DNA from: a virus
Taxonomy: Duplodnaviria > Caudoviricetes
Length of the DNA stretch: 60,014 bases
IMG/VR virus record: IMGVR_UViG_3300008261_000019
Span: 1-60,014 of that record
Reading direction: 5' to 3' (one strand)
In this document: piece by piece, positions 1 to 10,660 of the stretch
Position numbering within the stretch: the first letter of the stretch is position 1
Layout: each line of letters opens with the position of its first letter
Position numbers and translations under genes: made by a program
Notes under the pieces: model-generated
The model's input: only the letters and a program-made list of their open reading frames with translations
The model's database searches: none
What the model was told of the DNA's origin: nothing

Positions 1-2207
1 TCTAATAAATCATGAACATTATTTTTATATCTTGGATTAATAATTTTTTCTTTAATAAATGACTCTACAGTTTGTTCTTTACTTTGAACATTGCCTGGAT
101 TAAGACTGGATATATATTTTAGTAAGTCTTTATATTGATTAAATCCTTTTACATCTCTTTCAAGGCTATTTAATCTGGACTTTAACTTTTGCTGCATTCC
201 TGGCATTCCACTAATACCTAATTCTCTTACTAACTTATTTCTCTCCGATATTAGTCCTCCTGCTTTTTCTGCCTCTTCTGAAGTTTTATATCCGGCTATT
301 TGTCTTTTAACTTCCTGTAACCTATTTTCTTTATCAGTAATTTGACCAGTTAATAAACCTAATGTCTCTTGTATTTCTTTTATTTCAGTTATCGAATTTC
401 TTACTTTTGTATCAATTTGTCTTCCGTAATCTGTAATGGCTTTTGCGTTAGTAATATCTACATTTCTTATCTTAGACAGCAGGCTTTTCTTTGATTCTTT
501 AAATATTTTTTCATCTTCTTTTTCTATTGAGTTTGTACTAATTAAACTTGCTTGTTGTTTAAAGTTTTCTAAAAATCTAATGACTGATGCATTTTTACTT
601 TGGTTATTTAATTTATAATTAGCCGCCTCGCTAAGTAAACTCACCATTTGATTTTTAGAAAATCCCATTGCAGTTGAACTTTGGATTACATTGTTAAATT
701 TTGTTCCAGTAAAAATAAAATTCATTGCATTATAATTAGATTCTGATATGTATGTTTTTGCATCTATATCAGAAAATAAATTAAATATCTTTTTAAAATC
801 TAAACTTTCTCTTTTAATTGTAGATACTTCTTCTGCATATTTATTAATTGTTTCCTCTAAATTATTTTTTAAAGAAGTCTTAGATTCTTCTTCAATATTC
901 TTCAATTCTTCAAATCTTATTCCTCTTCCATCTAGTAACTCTTGCCTGAACTCATCCCATCTTCTCTGAACTCTTTCTTTGTTTTTAGGCGAACTATCTG
1001 GTCTTATTTTACCTCTTTTTTCAAGTTCTCTTTTTTCACCTTCAGCCTTATCTTTGTCTTTATTAATTTCCCCAACTTCTTCTCCAAATCTTTTTCTTAT
1101 CTTATTAAAGTATTTTGATTCTGCGGCTACCTCTTTATCTAATTCCCAAAAAGCTGAGGTGATTTTATCAACAATTTTGTCTCCAGAACTTCCTTGTCTT
1201 GTATAGACATCTCTTCCGGCAAAAATACTTTCCATACTTTTGCCGTTATCTACTTTTAAACCCAGCATATAACTACTAAAGGCTTCTGCAATTACTCCAA
1301 ATCTTACATTCGTACTTGATATCCCTAAAAATGTTGCGACTCTTTTATTGATTTTTTTAAATAAGTGGCTGTCTCCATCATTAGATTGAACGGCTATCTT
1401 CTTATAATCTGTTACTAAGCTTACAATATCTTTTGCACTTCTAATTTTATCTTTTGCTTGTCTTGTATATTGCTGACGATTTAATCCGTATCCTGTTAAT
1501 ACGAATTCGTCCAGTGCTTGCTCAGACATGTTAGCTACAGATAATTCTTGTGTTCGAGCATCAACTTGTACAAATGGATTATCATTACCTAAATTGACCC
1601 ACGATAAGATACTCATTGGTCTATTTGATTCTTGAATGAACTTATTTCCTTTTTCTCTTTCGTTACTAATTTGTTTATTTATTTTATCAACTAAACTAAT
1701 GAGTTCATCTTGAGTAAGTGGTTTTTTCCCTAATAAGCTAAAATCAAATTGCTTTCCAGCAATCATTAACTTATGTTCTTGGCTTAAGAATTTTGTACTT
1801 GTTTCAATAACTTCTCCAGCTTTATTACTTAACGAAATCTTGCTTTTATTCAAATCTAAATTCGTTTTTAATGAATTAGAAGCTAGATTGGCATAAACTT
1901 CCCTACCATGTCTATCAAATGTCTTAAAGAACATTCTTCCTGTATCTACATCTACGCCTTGAACCTTTTCACTTTCAAAAAAGATTGGATTATTAAATTC
2001 ATCAACAATTAAATTCTCTTTTATTTGAGGCATTCCAGGCTTATATCTCCAACCTAGCTTTGCCATCTTTTTACTATCAGTTGCTAAAATAACTTCATTT
2101 GCTCTTTGATATGTTTCTGCGCCATCATAATTATCATCAATAAAATTAACGACTTTCTCTCTTCTGATTTCATCATTAAAATCATCATCCATTAAATACT
2201 TAGCCAT
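1..2207 (-). CDS. Large virion-associated protein, 3' end truncated by the window (>735 aa)
   Basis: Not in the ORF track because it is truncated. ATG at 2207 preceded by GGAGGT (2215-2220); reads MAKYLMDDDFNDEIRREK. The frame was only spot-checked. Follows the 1902-aa gene in the tail module. Confidence 0.75.
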   Translation of the reverse strand, partial: MAKYLMDDDFNDEIRREKVVNFIDDNYDGAETYQRANEVILATDSKKMAKLGWRYKPGMPQIKENLIVDEFNNPIFFESEKVQGVDVDTGRMFFKTFDRHGREVYANLASNSLKTNLDLNKSKISLSNKAGEVIETSTKFLSQEHKLMIAGKQFDFSLLGKKPLTQDELISLVDKINKQISNEREKGNKFIQESNRPMSILSWVNLGNDNPFVQVDARTQELSVANMSEQALDEFVLTGYGLNRQQYTRQAKDKIRSAKDIVSLVTDYKKIAVQSNDGDSHLFKKINKRVATFLGISSTNVRFGVIAEAFSSYMLGLKVDNGKSMESIFAGRDVYTRQGSSGDKIVDKITSAFWELDKEVAAESKYFNKIRKRFGEEVGEINKDKDKAEGEKRELEKRGKIRPDSSPKNKERVQRRWDEFRQELLDGRGIRFEELKNIEEESKTSLKNNLEETINKYAEEVSTIKRESLDFKKIFNLFSDIDAKTYISESNYNAMNFIFTGTKFNNVIQSSTAMGFSKNQMVSLLSEAANYKLNNQSKNASVIRFLENFKQQASLISTNSIEKEDEKIFKESKKSLLSKIRNVDITNAKAITDYGRQIDTKVRNSITEIKEIQETLGLLTGQITDKENRLQEVKRQIAGYKTSEEAEKAGGLISERNKLVRELGISGMPGMQQKLKSRLNSLERDVKGFNQYKDLLKYISSLNPGNVQSKEQTVESFIKEKIINPRYKNNVHDLL

Positions 2208-2235
2208 CTAAAATACCTCCGGCATTTCATTTTAA

Positions 2236-2270
2236 AATAGGACAATATACTTGTTGTATATTGTCCTATT
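2236..2270 (-). terminator. Hairpin/putative intrinsic terminator
   Basis: AATAGGACAATATAC-ttgtt-GTATATTGTCCTATT, a 15-bp inverted repeat immediately after the stop of the 1902-aa gene. Confidence 0.6.
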
Positions 2271-2272
2271 AT

Positions 2273-5200
2273 TTATCCCAGCAATCTATGTGCATCTTGG
2301 TTCATTTGAGTTGCGATTTCTTGCCTTCTATCTTTTTTAATTACTGCATTTACTGAACCTTGTCCATTTGTTGGACTTACAGTAATATCGATATCTGTTA
2401 ATCCGATTGAATTAAGCATATCATGCAATCTACTTCTAATATCTGCAGGATTACTTTGTTTATTAACATTTGGCGCTTCCATTGCTACTTTCGCAGCCTG
2501 AGCTTTATCGTCGGGCCAAATATCAAATTCGGATTCATCTAGCTTTTCTTTTTTAATTAATTTTACTTTTAAGTCTTTTAATGAAGCTCTTGAGTCCCAT
2601 CCCACCCATGTATCTGCTGGCAACTCATGTGTAGAAAAGTATTCTAGAAGGTCTGGCTTTTCATCTACTTCCATACCATATGATGCTTGAAGCATTCTAC
2701 GAATATAACTTGGTACAGTTTTTATAATCTTTTCTCGTTCTTCTTCTGGCGCTTCTAGGAATGGTAGTATGTAAGCCCTATCTTTCTTAGGCACTGCTGC
2801 TAGGAAGTTCTCTAAGGGGTCTCCTGGGTCATATGCATACATTGTTTGTTCTGACTCTTGATAATATTGCAAAGCCTTGGCTGCTGCCTCTGGGATTGTC
2901 TGAAGCTGTCTATCATTTAATATAGAATTTAATCTTTGATTAATTTCTGATATAACTTCTTCTAGACTTCCCTCTATCCCCATATTCGATGCTTCATCCA
3001 GAGCGTCTTCTACTTCATCTTCATTACCTAGTCGAATCTGTCTTTTTAAACGTTCTAGTTTTGCTTTTGTTTTTTTATTAATTTGACCTTCTTCTTGTTT
3101 GTCTTCTATATATTTTTTTACATTGAATCCATCCGCTAAAGCTTCTTCTGCAGCTTCTTGATATAGTCCTCTAAACTTAACATACTTTAACATATCAAGA
3201 TATTCGAACATTTCTCTTTCTTTCAATCTTCTATCAGGAATCCATCTGTCTCCTGTAGTGCCTTCATACATATTTGTATAAAAGCTTCCTAGTAATCCTG
3301 CAACTGCTCCAGTTAATGCTCCTACAATCTTTCCATATCTTTTATTTCCGAAGTTAAAGCCAAGTAATGCTCCAGTAACTACAGCAACTCCAGGCTCTTT
3401 TCGAATAATATTCTCATACCAAGGGATAAAGAAATCTCCAAATGGGTCTGTCCATTGTTGCCAGTCCTTATTATAGGTTTCTCTTATCTCATAAGATTCA
3501 AGAGCTGACCGTACCTGCATAAACTTTGTATTATAAGGTGTATCCAAGTGAGCAATACTTTCCCAGAGTTGACCAACCATAATCTCTGGCCTTGTAAATC
3601 TTGCATATACTGATGCGGGTGAATAGTCGTTTTCTTTTTCTTTTGCTACTCCGGACTCAATTAATTGTTTATTCACATTTATATCATTATTATACAATAC
3701 AGCGCTTATTGTTTGATACGTATCATTATTAATTTGATTTAATTCATCTTTATCAATGCCAAGAGTTATTGTTTCGCCTTCCTCAATTCCAATAATTTGA
3801 CGAGCCTTTCTTGCTTTAGGGTCGTCTTTACCCATTGGAATTGTAAGTCCAGCTAATTTAATTGGATTTTCAATACCTTCTACTTTAAACATATAAGTTC
3901 TTTGATTTGGATAATCGATAATATTTTCTACGGTTGCTTCAATCTTCTCTATATTCGCTGTTTTAAATCGGTAAGGGTATAATCTTTCTGCTTCTTTTTT
4001 CTGCGATACTTGGTCTTCAATTTCTCTTACTTCTTGCAACTGCTCATCCGTTATATACTCCCATCTACGAATATCCTTTTTCATCTGTCGATATTCATTT
4101 GAATAAGGAGCAACATCGGCAAGTATTCTAAATCTATCTAGCATTCCATAAAAATCTGCTGGACCGACTGTTCCATCTTTCATACCTTGATTGATTGCTT
4201 CTCTTGCCGTATTTACTTTTCCTATCGAATAGTCATAAAGTTGCTGATTAAAATCAAAAGCATATACTTTAAATGGCTCCTGCTCATACATCTCTGATTC
4301 AATATCATCCCGATTAATATGAATTAAATATCCTCTACTAATCCCTGTTGCTTTTAAATAAAAATTAACCTGTTGAACATTTTTAAAAAACATTTCGTCT
4401 TGGTTATATTTATTTCCTGTCATTGTTTTCGGGTCAAGAATAGCCATCGGTGCATTTTGCAAAGAACTTGATATAAACGATTGAAATGCTTCTGGATTTT
4501 CTTCTTGCATTGACTTGATATCGATAGAGTTATTATAAAAACCTCCATACTCAGATGCTCCGCTCATCTCTGGCGATGCTGAATAATATTTAAATGTCTG
4601 AGCTTGTTGGATTACTTTTTCTAAAAACTTAGCATGATTGGCTTTTACATCATAAAAGCCTCCTACTCCTAACTCAGGTATCGAGACATACTGCTCAAAG
4701 TCTAATGCAATTTTTTCTTTTTGCATTTGTGCTTCCCATTTTTCATGCCATCCTGAACCTTTATCTAAAATGTAAGATTCATCTTCATCTTTTATTTCAT
4801 CTTTTCTAAGAATGTGGCTAATCATTGTTGGAACTTCGTAACCTAAAAATGAAGCTCCTATCGACATATCATTATCTACTTCTACATTATATAATCGCTC
4901 ATATCCTTCTCCAGGAAGTCTTGATTCTCCCTTTGTTATCTTAGAGTAAGGGTCGCCATGCTGCAGGTCTAAAAAGTATTCAGGTCCAGGTAACCAGCTT
5001 GGCATTGTATTGGGAATCGGATTATATTCGTCTTGTTTTAATGGCTTAGGGACAAAACGACGGAAAATCTCATTTACATCTCCCCCCAAGTTACCAATTG
5101 ATAAATTCCAAAATGCTCTTTGCATTGATGTCATATCAGTAGAATCTGCAATTACTGGTTGCGAGCCGAACTGACCAAATAAACTTTGAGTGGTAAATCC

Positions 5201-7981
5201 ATAAAATCCACCCATCTCTGTTATGTTTGAATACAAGTTTCCACTAAGCTGTGTAAGTTCAGTCGGACTCATTACATATCGATTATCCATAGCCATACTT
5301 GGCTCTTCATATCCAAATAAAGTAGAGCCAGGTGCTCCAGCTAGTCCCTTTTCTTTAATGCGCTCATTTAATGACCTTAGTTGCTTTCGATTAACAATTG
5401 CAGTTTCTACATTACCTGACGATGTTACATACGCAGCATATGTCTGACTTGATGGCATTTCACTTGTTCTTTGAAATTGAATACTATTATCCAACATAGA
5501 TGCTTCACTCGTAATTACAGGTTTGCTACTATTAATTGTTTCATCTATAAATAAAGGCATAGGTGTATCAATTGCTCTATCTGCAGCTAAGTTTCCTTCT
5601 TCATCTATGTACTCTGTATTATCTTGATTAAAGTCAATTGGATAAAGTTCATTATTCATTGTTGGAGCATACACACCGCTACCCGAACCAAGTAAGTCCC
5701 AATATTTTTCATGCATTCTTTGAGGAGGTTTCAAAAAGAAAGAAGCTACATTATTTAAAACTGGACCGATTAAAGGAAACTCTTCTATTTCTGAGAATCC
5801 GCCAGTTATCATGTAAGGTCTATCATAATAATGTTTCTTTTCATAATGATAAGGGTCCGTAATAAAATGTCTTATTGGAGCAAATGGATTCGTAGGGGTT
5901 GGATACCAAGTATTTGCAAAATATTCTTCCCTAGAGCCATACAATGTATCAGAGAATTTTACATCGGCAATAGTCTCTCTTACCCAGTTGGGTTTAAAGT
6001 ATTCTATCTTACCCCCTGTAAAGGGTGTATTGCCCATCTCCCAAAATCGGCCTTTTCTTACGGCTACTTCTCCATCTTCATAAAACTTTCTCGTTTCTTC
6101 TGCAGTATCATTTAAGTCTAGGAATTGTCCCACTAATGGGAATTCTGTAATTTGTTCTCCGCCAGGAAATAAATTACCAAAATGTTTTGCCCAATCTGTA
6201 ATTCCTAATGCGTCTCTTACTTCTGCTGCTCCCACTGCACCTGACGCATAGAAGTTTGCTAACTTATCTTCGAATTGAAATCCTAAAAATCTATCTGACT
6301 CTGTATTTAAATAATCCCATGTTTCTACAGCACCAAATACAGGAGCTATTCTTCTAAATACCAAGTTTAAAAAGATTTGACTTGCAGACCCTAGATTCTG
6401 ATTTGATAATCCAAAGCCGACTTGATTTAATGTTGAATTTAATCGCTCAAAAAAACCATAAGGAAACAAAGTTGCGGTTGTTACGTTTTCTAGAGAATCT
6501 CTGCCTGCACTAAATTGCTTAAAATATTCAGTAGCAGATTCCGAATCTTTTAATCCTCTATAATTTCTCATGACAATCCACGGTGTATTTCCACCAAAAG
6601 ATTGTTCAAGTGGCATCTTGTAAGAGTTTTTAACATCATACGGCCTAAATATTCTATGCATTACTTGACCGATATAGGATGGCCACGTTGTAGGGTCAAT
6701 ACTAGGTGCTTCAATTCCTTGACCAAAGTTCCACGATACATCTCGACCAATCGGCTCATCTTGAAATCCTAAATCAAGAAACTGTCCTATTTCCCACTTT
6801 ATTTTTCCCCAAGTGTCTTTTGGTTTTGCATATCTAGAAACGCTTACTCCAGCCAAGTTTCTTATATATCTTGCAATAGGTCCTGATTCACCAGGAACTA
6901 ATCTAACATTGTCCATTATTGGTTTTTCTAAATTAGTAATATCAAATAGATTTCCGTCAATAAATACGTGCGCATTTTGTGTTGGATTTATATCTTTTGT
7001 AACAATGGGATTTATCATGCCTTTTTCAAGTATTGCATAAGTAGGCGGTCTATTTTCTTTGCTAAATCGATTTAAATAAAACATACGAAGCGGATTAATT
7101 TTAACAAATGGAATCGCAAATTCATCCGACATAATATCTAGCGTTGAAGAAAAATCTTCTGAGAAATCTCTTAAGTCCATGACTTGTTTTGTTTTTGGAT
7201 TAAAAAATACACTTTCGTCATAAACTTTATTTTCAATATCTGTTACTGTTTTAAATTGATTAATTGCTCTTTGTATAAAGCCTTTTTCTTCTTCGCCCAA
7301 TTCTTTTAACTGTAGTATTTCTGATACTTTTGCATTTCGATATCCTAGTTCTTTTACTTTTTGAGCTTGTTCGTTTTCAATAAATTGATTTTTATTTGCA
7401 ATGGATTCATTGAATTTTTTCTCTACTGAACGAATCCATCTTTCTTTTGCCATGTTTTCTTCAATAGGTCCGCCTTCAACAATCTTATTCGGATAATAAA
7501 TTGCTTTTTGTTCATTCGTCATCAAGTCCCATTGGTCATCTAACTTTGAAATGACTTTTTCTTTTTCTCTAATTAAGTTCATTAACGAACTTTGGCTAGA
7601 AGTAGAAAGAACTTCGTTTTGCGTTTTTAGTACCTTTTTCTCATGACTCCTCAATGCCCTACTCATATGCTCAGATAACCGTTCTAACTTATGTGTCATC
7701 GTGGCATTATGAGCAAACTTTTCATTTGACCAGTTCCTTAAACCTTCGCTCATTGCACTTAACTTTGTTTTTCTATAGCCACCTAGCATCTGTATAGCAT
7801 TCTGCATGAGCGGACGCAATAAACCCTTCTTATAAGCAAAATAACCGCCAGCAGCTAATCCTGCAGCGGTTAATGCTCGGGTAAATGGCGAAGGCTCACG
7901 CTCTGGATGGTCTCTAAGATACTCTCTATAGAACTCTCTGTCCGAGCCTCTGTCAGCCATTACTTGTACACCCTCTTCCAA
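2273..7981 (-). CDS. Giant virion protein (tape-measure position/ejected protein) with PD-(D/E)xK nuclease-like and thermonuclease (SNase)-like domains
   Basis: 1902 aa, follows two chaperone-like genes. GFYDV...ILDPKT...QQVNFY...GYLIHINRD is RecB/Cas4-like. TVENIID...IKLAGLTIP...DTYQTISAVLY..DINVNKQLIESGVA is SNase-like. Gly-rich hydrophobic segments are present. Confidence 0.6.
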   Translation of the reverse strand: MEEGVQVMADRGSDREFYREYLRDHPEREPSPFTRALTAAGLAAGGYFAYKKGLLRPLMQNAIQMLGGYRKTKLSAMSEGLRNWSNEKFAHNATMTHKLERLSEHMSRALRSHEKKVLKTQNEVLSTSSQSSLMNLIREKEKVISKLDDQWDLMTNEQKAIYYPNKIVEGGPIEENMAKERWIRSVEKKFNESIANKNQFIENEQAQKVKELGYRNAKVSEILQLKELGEEEKGFIQRAINQFKTVTDIENKVYDESVFFNPKTKQVMDLRDFSEDFSSTLDIMSDEFAIPFVKINPLRMFYLNRFSKENRPPTYAILEKGMINPIVTKDINPTQNAHVFIDGNLFDITNLEKPIMDNVRLVPGESGPIARYIRNLAGVSVSRYAKPKDTWGKIKWEIGQFLDLGFQDEPIGRDVSWNFGQGIEAPSIDPTTWPSYIGQVMHRIFRPYDVKNSYKMPLEQSFGGNTPWIVMRNYRGLKDSESATEYFKQFSAGRDSLENVTTATLFPYGFFERLNSTLNQVGFGLSNQNLGSASQIFLNLVFRRIAPVFGAVETWDYLNTESDRFLGFQFEDKLANFYASGAVGAAEVRDALGITDWAKHFGNLFPGGEQITEFPLVGQFLDLNDTAEETRKFYEDGEVAVRKGRFWEMGNTPFTGGKIEYFKPNWVRETIADVKFSDTLYGSREEYFANTWYPTPTNPFAPIRHFITDPYHYEKKHYYDRPYMITGGFSEIEEFPLIGPVLNNVASFFLKPPQRMHEKYWDLLGSGSGVYAPTMNNELYPIDFNQDNTEYIDEEGNLAADRAIDTPMPLFIDETINSSKPVITSEASMLDNSIQFQRTSEMPSSQTYAAYVTSSGNVETAIVNRKQLRSLNERIKEKGLAGAPGSTLFGYEEPSMAMDNRYVMSPTELTQLSGNLYSNITEMGGFYGFTTQSLFGQFGSQPVIADSTDMTSMQRAFWNLSIGNLGGDVNEIFRRFVPKPLKQDEYNPIPNTMPSWLPGPEYFLDLQHGDPYSKITKGESRLPGEGYERLYNVEVDNDMSIGASFLGYEVPTMISHILRKDEIKDEDESYILDKGSGWHEKWEAQMQKEKIALDFEQYVSIPELGVGGFYDVKANHAKFLEKVIQQAQTFKYYSASPEMSGASEYGGFYNNSIDIKSMQEENPEAFQSFISSSLQNAPMAILDPKTMTGNKYNQDEMFFKNVQQVNFYLKATGISRGYLIHINRDDIESEMYEQEPFKVYAFDFNQQLYDYSIGKVNTAREAINQGMKDGTVGPADFYGMLDRFRILADVAPYSNEYRQMKKDIRRWEYITDEQLQEVREIEDQVSQKKEAERLYPYRFKTANIEKIEATVENIIDYPNQRTYMFKVEGIENPIKLAGLTIPMGKDDPKARKARQIIGIEEGETITLGIDKDELNQINNDTYQTISAVLYNNDINVNKQLIESGVAKEKENDYSPASVYARFTRPEIMVGQLWESIAHLDTPYNTKFMQVRSALESYEIRETYNKDWQQWTDPFGDFFIPWYENIIRKEPGVAVVTGALLGFNFGNKRYGKIVGALTGAVAGLLGSFYTNMYEGTTGDRWIPDRRLKEREMFEYLDMLKYVKFRGLYQEAAEEALADGFNVKKYIEDKQEEGQINKKTKAKLERLKRQIRLGNEDEVEDALDEASNMGIEGSLEEVISEINQRLNSILNDRQLQTIPEAAAKALQYYQESEQTMYAYDPGDPLENFLAAVPKKDRAYILPFLEAPEEEREKIIKTVPSYIRRMLQASYGMEVDEKPDLLEYFSTHELPADTWVGWDSRASLKDLKVKLIKKEKLDESEFDIWPDDKAQAAKVAMEAPNVNKQSNPADIRSRLHDMLNSIGLTDIDITVSPTNGQGSVNAVIKKDRRQEIATQMNQDAHRLLG

Positions 7982-8628
7982 TACTCAGTCCCTGCAATAA
8001 ATGGAACCTCTACAAATTGCTTTGATTTTAAAATGAATTGTGAGTATTCCAGCATTGGGTCTTTTCCTTGTTTTCGCATTTCTATACCAAGCTCTTTAAA
8101 TGATGGAGGCTCTACTTCTTCCTCTGATTCATCTGAATTAAACTCTTCTTCTTTAAACTCGATTGGGTAGCCCATGATATTTTTCAATATCCATTCTGCC
8201 TTAGCTGCATTTCGCATAAAGCGACTTACATTCCATTCCATCATATCTTCTTCTGATAGATGTGTGAATACCGCTTGAACCATCGCTTCTGCTTGCTTTT
8301 CAAACGTACCCATTTGGTCTCTATAATATTTAAAGTATTCATTTGCCTTTTGAGTCTTACCGAATCCGGATTCATTTAATATTGTTTCTGCTATTGTAGA
8401 TAAAATTCCTGCCCCAATATTTTTACAATCAATATCCGTGGGATTAATAATACATATTCTGCAGATAATTTCATAACTAACATCTTTATCATCAGATAGA
8501 AAAACAAGCTCAGCATATTCTTTTCTTGTTAGTAAGCGAAAAATATATTCACTATCTTCAATGATAATTGAATAAATCTCTCCATACTGAGCTTTTGCTT
8601 TTAATAAAAACTTTTGAGGCGAATCCAT
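7960..8628 (-). CDS. Tail assembly chaperone-like protein
   Basis: N-terminus YIFRLLTRKEY...ICRICII...AGILSTIAETILNESGF is paralogous to the upstream 165-aa ORF; lies between tube genes and the giant protein. Confidence 0.6.
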   Translation of the reverse strand: MDSPQKFLLKAKAQYGEIYSIIIEDSEYIFRLLTRKEYAELVFLSDDKDVSYEIICRICIINPTDIDCKNIGAGILSTIAETILNESGFGKTQKANEYFKYYRDQMGTFEKQAEAMVQAVFTHLSEEDMMEWNVSRFMRNAAKAEWILKNIMGYPIEFKEEEFNSDESEEEVEPPSFKELGIEMRKQGKDPMLEYSQFILKSKQFVEVPFIAGTEYWKRVYK

Positions 8629-8652
8629 TTGTTACACCGCCCTTAATTTATT

Positions 8653-9150
8653 TTACAGAGGTGTAACACTAACTTTTCTAGTGAATCCGCTTTTCTGCAT
8701 AATTTGTTCTGCAAGCATTGATGGAACTCCGCCAGCTTGATTGACCATATCTTCGTAACAATATCCATAAGGAAATAGTACGCAGATTTCGCAAATCATT
8801 TCTTCTCGCATTAATTCATTTGTATTTGGTGTACTCATAATTTGCTTATACTCAAATCGGTTTAATGGGCGCCAAATAAAAATATCATCTTCAATATTTG
8901 TGCTATATACTTTTGTAAATTGTTTTTTCCATCCGATAATCTCTGATTGCAACGGTCCACCGTCAAAAATCTCCGAGTCATAATAACCTTGCTTATTTAC
9001 TTCTGGTCTTTCTTCTCTATTTTTTCCGCTCTCTTGTTCTCTCTCCACTGCATCTTGCTTAAGTTTTTGATACTTGGCAACAGATGAATTTTGACTCTCA
9101 AACCCGTTGTTAAAAGAGTTTTCAAAATTATTATCGAATTGATTTTGCAT
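8653..9150 (-). CDS. Tail assembly chaperone-like protein
   Basis: FIWRPLNRFEYK...EEMICEICVLFP...GGVPSMLAEQIMQKSGF; synteny after tube genes. Confidence 0.6.
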   Translation of the reverse strand: MQNQFDNNFENSFNNGFESQNSSVAKYQKLKQDAVEREQESGKNREERPEVNKQGYYDSEIFDGGPLQSEIIGWKKQFTKVYSTNIEDDIFIWRPLNRFEYKQIMSTPNTNELMREEMICEICVLFPYGYCYEDMVNQAGGVPSMLAEQIMQKSGFTRKVSVTPL

Positions 9151-9174
9151 ATTAATTTCTCCTCATATGTTTAT

Positions 9175-10647
9175 TTAATCTATATCTCTAGCAACAAATG
9201 TATAAGCTTCTTCTATTGGTTGACCTGATACATCTACAATTTGTGTAACTCCAGTGATTTGTACATTTTTAATACTTCGACTTGTTGTATTAAAATTTGT
9301 AACATTTTCATTCAATTTTGTGACCATTTCATTGCCTTGGTTTAATCGTATAACATTTTCTGCAATTGGTCCATACACAATGTAGATATCGAATCCGCTT
9401 TTTCTTAAAATTGTTCCGTTTCTTTCTTTGTTATAAAAGAACGTGTCATCATCATTTTCTCTACTTTCTTGACCCCATATATTAGACTCTAATTCTGCAA
9501 CCCTACTTTCAAATAATTTATCTGGACTTTGAGTAGGTGATTTTAAAGTTATTGTTTCTAGCTCTTTAACTGTAATTGTTGGAGATATCGCTTCAAGTGT
9601 TTGACTTCCAATAATTCCAGTGGTTTGTATATTATTATCTAACTGAAATGCTTTTACTGCTAGCATCGTCCCTAAGTCGTAAACTCCATTAACTTCTAAG
9701 CCTGTTTGCAGAAGTTGCTTTGCTTGCGGACTGACCCATCTCCCCTTTGAGTTGTCCATAATTTTTGCTTGTTCTAATAGATACTTTAATGCGTTCATTA
9801 CATCGTTATTATATAGAGTTCGACCATTTACTACTGTAAATGGTTTTTGTTTTATTATCTTTTTTAACAACGGTATTTCTTTTAATCTTGAAATAAACTC
9901 TCTGTCTTGAGTAATTGCTTGTCTGTATTTTTTGTCATCTTTTCCTTCTCCAAGATAAACTGTTTTTTCACCATATCTTCTCATTGTAATCCAATGATTT
10001 GATTGAACATCATTTTTTTTAATAACTGAACTTGATATTAAATTTGTTTTACTTTCTTCAAGATTTGTTTTCCAATTATTATATTGCTTTTTTTGCAATC
10101 CGTATCCCAGTTTTATTAATCTTTCCTGAAGTTCTTTTACCTCCTCTGCGCTATTTTCAGATTCCATACTTAAAGGTATTTTCCATTTGTATATATCTTT
10201 TTCTTTTCTTTCAGTAACTCTTTCTTCAGTTAAGTCTCCATAATCTCTTCTTACGGCATCTTCTACTGCATCTTCTATTCCGCTTGTAAATTTATTTACT
10301 GCATCATCTGACGATATCTGAATTAATCTAGGCGCAATTGTACTTTGATTTTCTGCTAATGTTTCTAGTACAACATTGATATATTGAGCTTCCTTAAATG
10401 CGATTCTAAATTCCCCTTGTATCATTCTACTTCCTCTTGCAACCGCATCCCAAGTATATGAGCCATAACCAAATATAGGCTTAATTGTTTCTTGTAAGCT
10501 ATACGAAAGTCCTGTTACTTCATCTATAAATATATCATTAAAATAAATAGAAACATCTGAGCCCGTAAAGTATTCTTCTGGGAAGTACTGATACTCTGTT
10601 TGAGACTTTGTATATAATGCTTGTTTTATTTCTTCAATTTCGGCCAT
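9175..10647 (-). CDS. Tail tube-domain protein with inserted peptidoglycan-binding domain (tube initiator/baseplate hub-like)
   Basis: N-terminal FTGSDVSIYF...ARGSRMIQGEF and C-terminal IEEAYTFVARDI match the tube protein. VKELQERLIKLGY and GVYDLGTMLAVKAFQLDNNIQTTGIIGSQT are PG-binding helices. Confidence 0.7.
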   Translation of the reverse strand: MAEIEEIKQALYTKSQTEYQYFPEEYFTGSDVSIYFNDIFIDEVTGLSYSLQETIKPIFGYGSYTWDAVARGSRMIQGEFRIAFKEAQYINVVLETLAENQSTIAPRLIQISSDDAVNKFTSGIEDAVEDAVRRDYGDLTEERVTERKEKDIYKWKIPLSMESENSAEEVKELQERLIKLGYGLQKKQYNNWKTNLEESKTNLISSSVIKKNDVQSNHWITMRRYGEKTVYLGEGKDDKKYRQAITQDREFISRLKEIPLLKKIIKQKPFTVVNGRTLYNNDVMNALKYLLEQAKIMDNSKGRWVSPQAKQLLQTGLEVNGVYDLGTMLAVKAFQLDNNIQTTGIIGSQTLEAISPTITVKELETITLKSPTQSPDKLFESRVAELESNIWGQESRENDDDTFFYNKERNGTILRKSGFDIYIVYGPIAENVIRLNQGNEMVTKLNENVTNFNTTSRSIKNVQITGVTQIVDVSGQPIEEAYTFVARDID

Positions 10648-10660
10648 AGTAAATCCACCT

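Noticed and set aside
8620-8670. Programmed frameshift between the two chaperone genes
   Set aside because: The genes do not overlap, the second has its own SD-like sequence and start, and I saw no clear slippery heptamer
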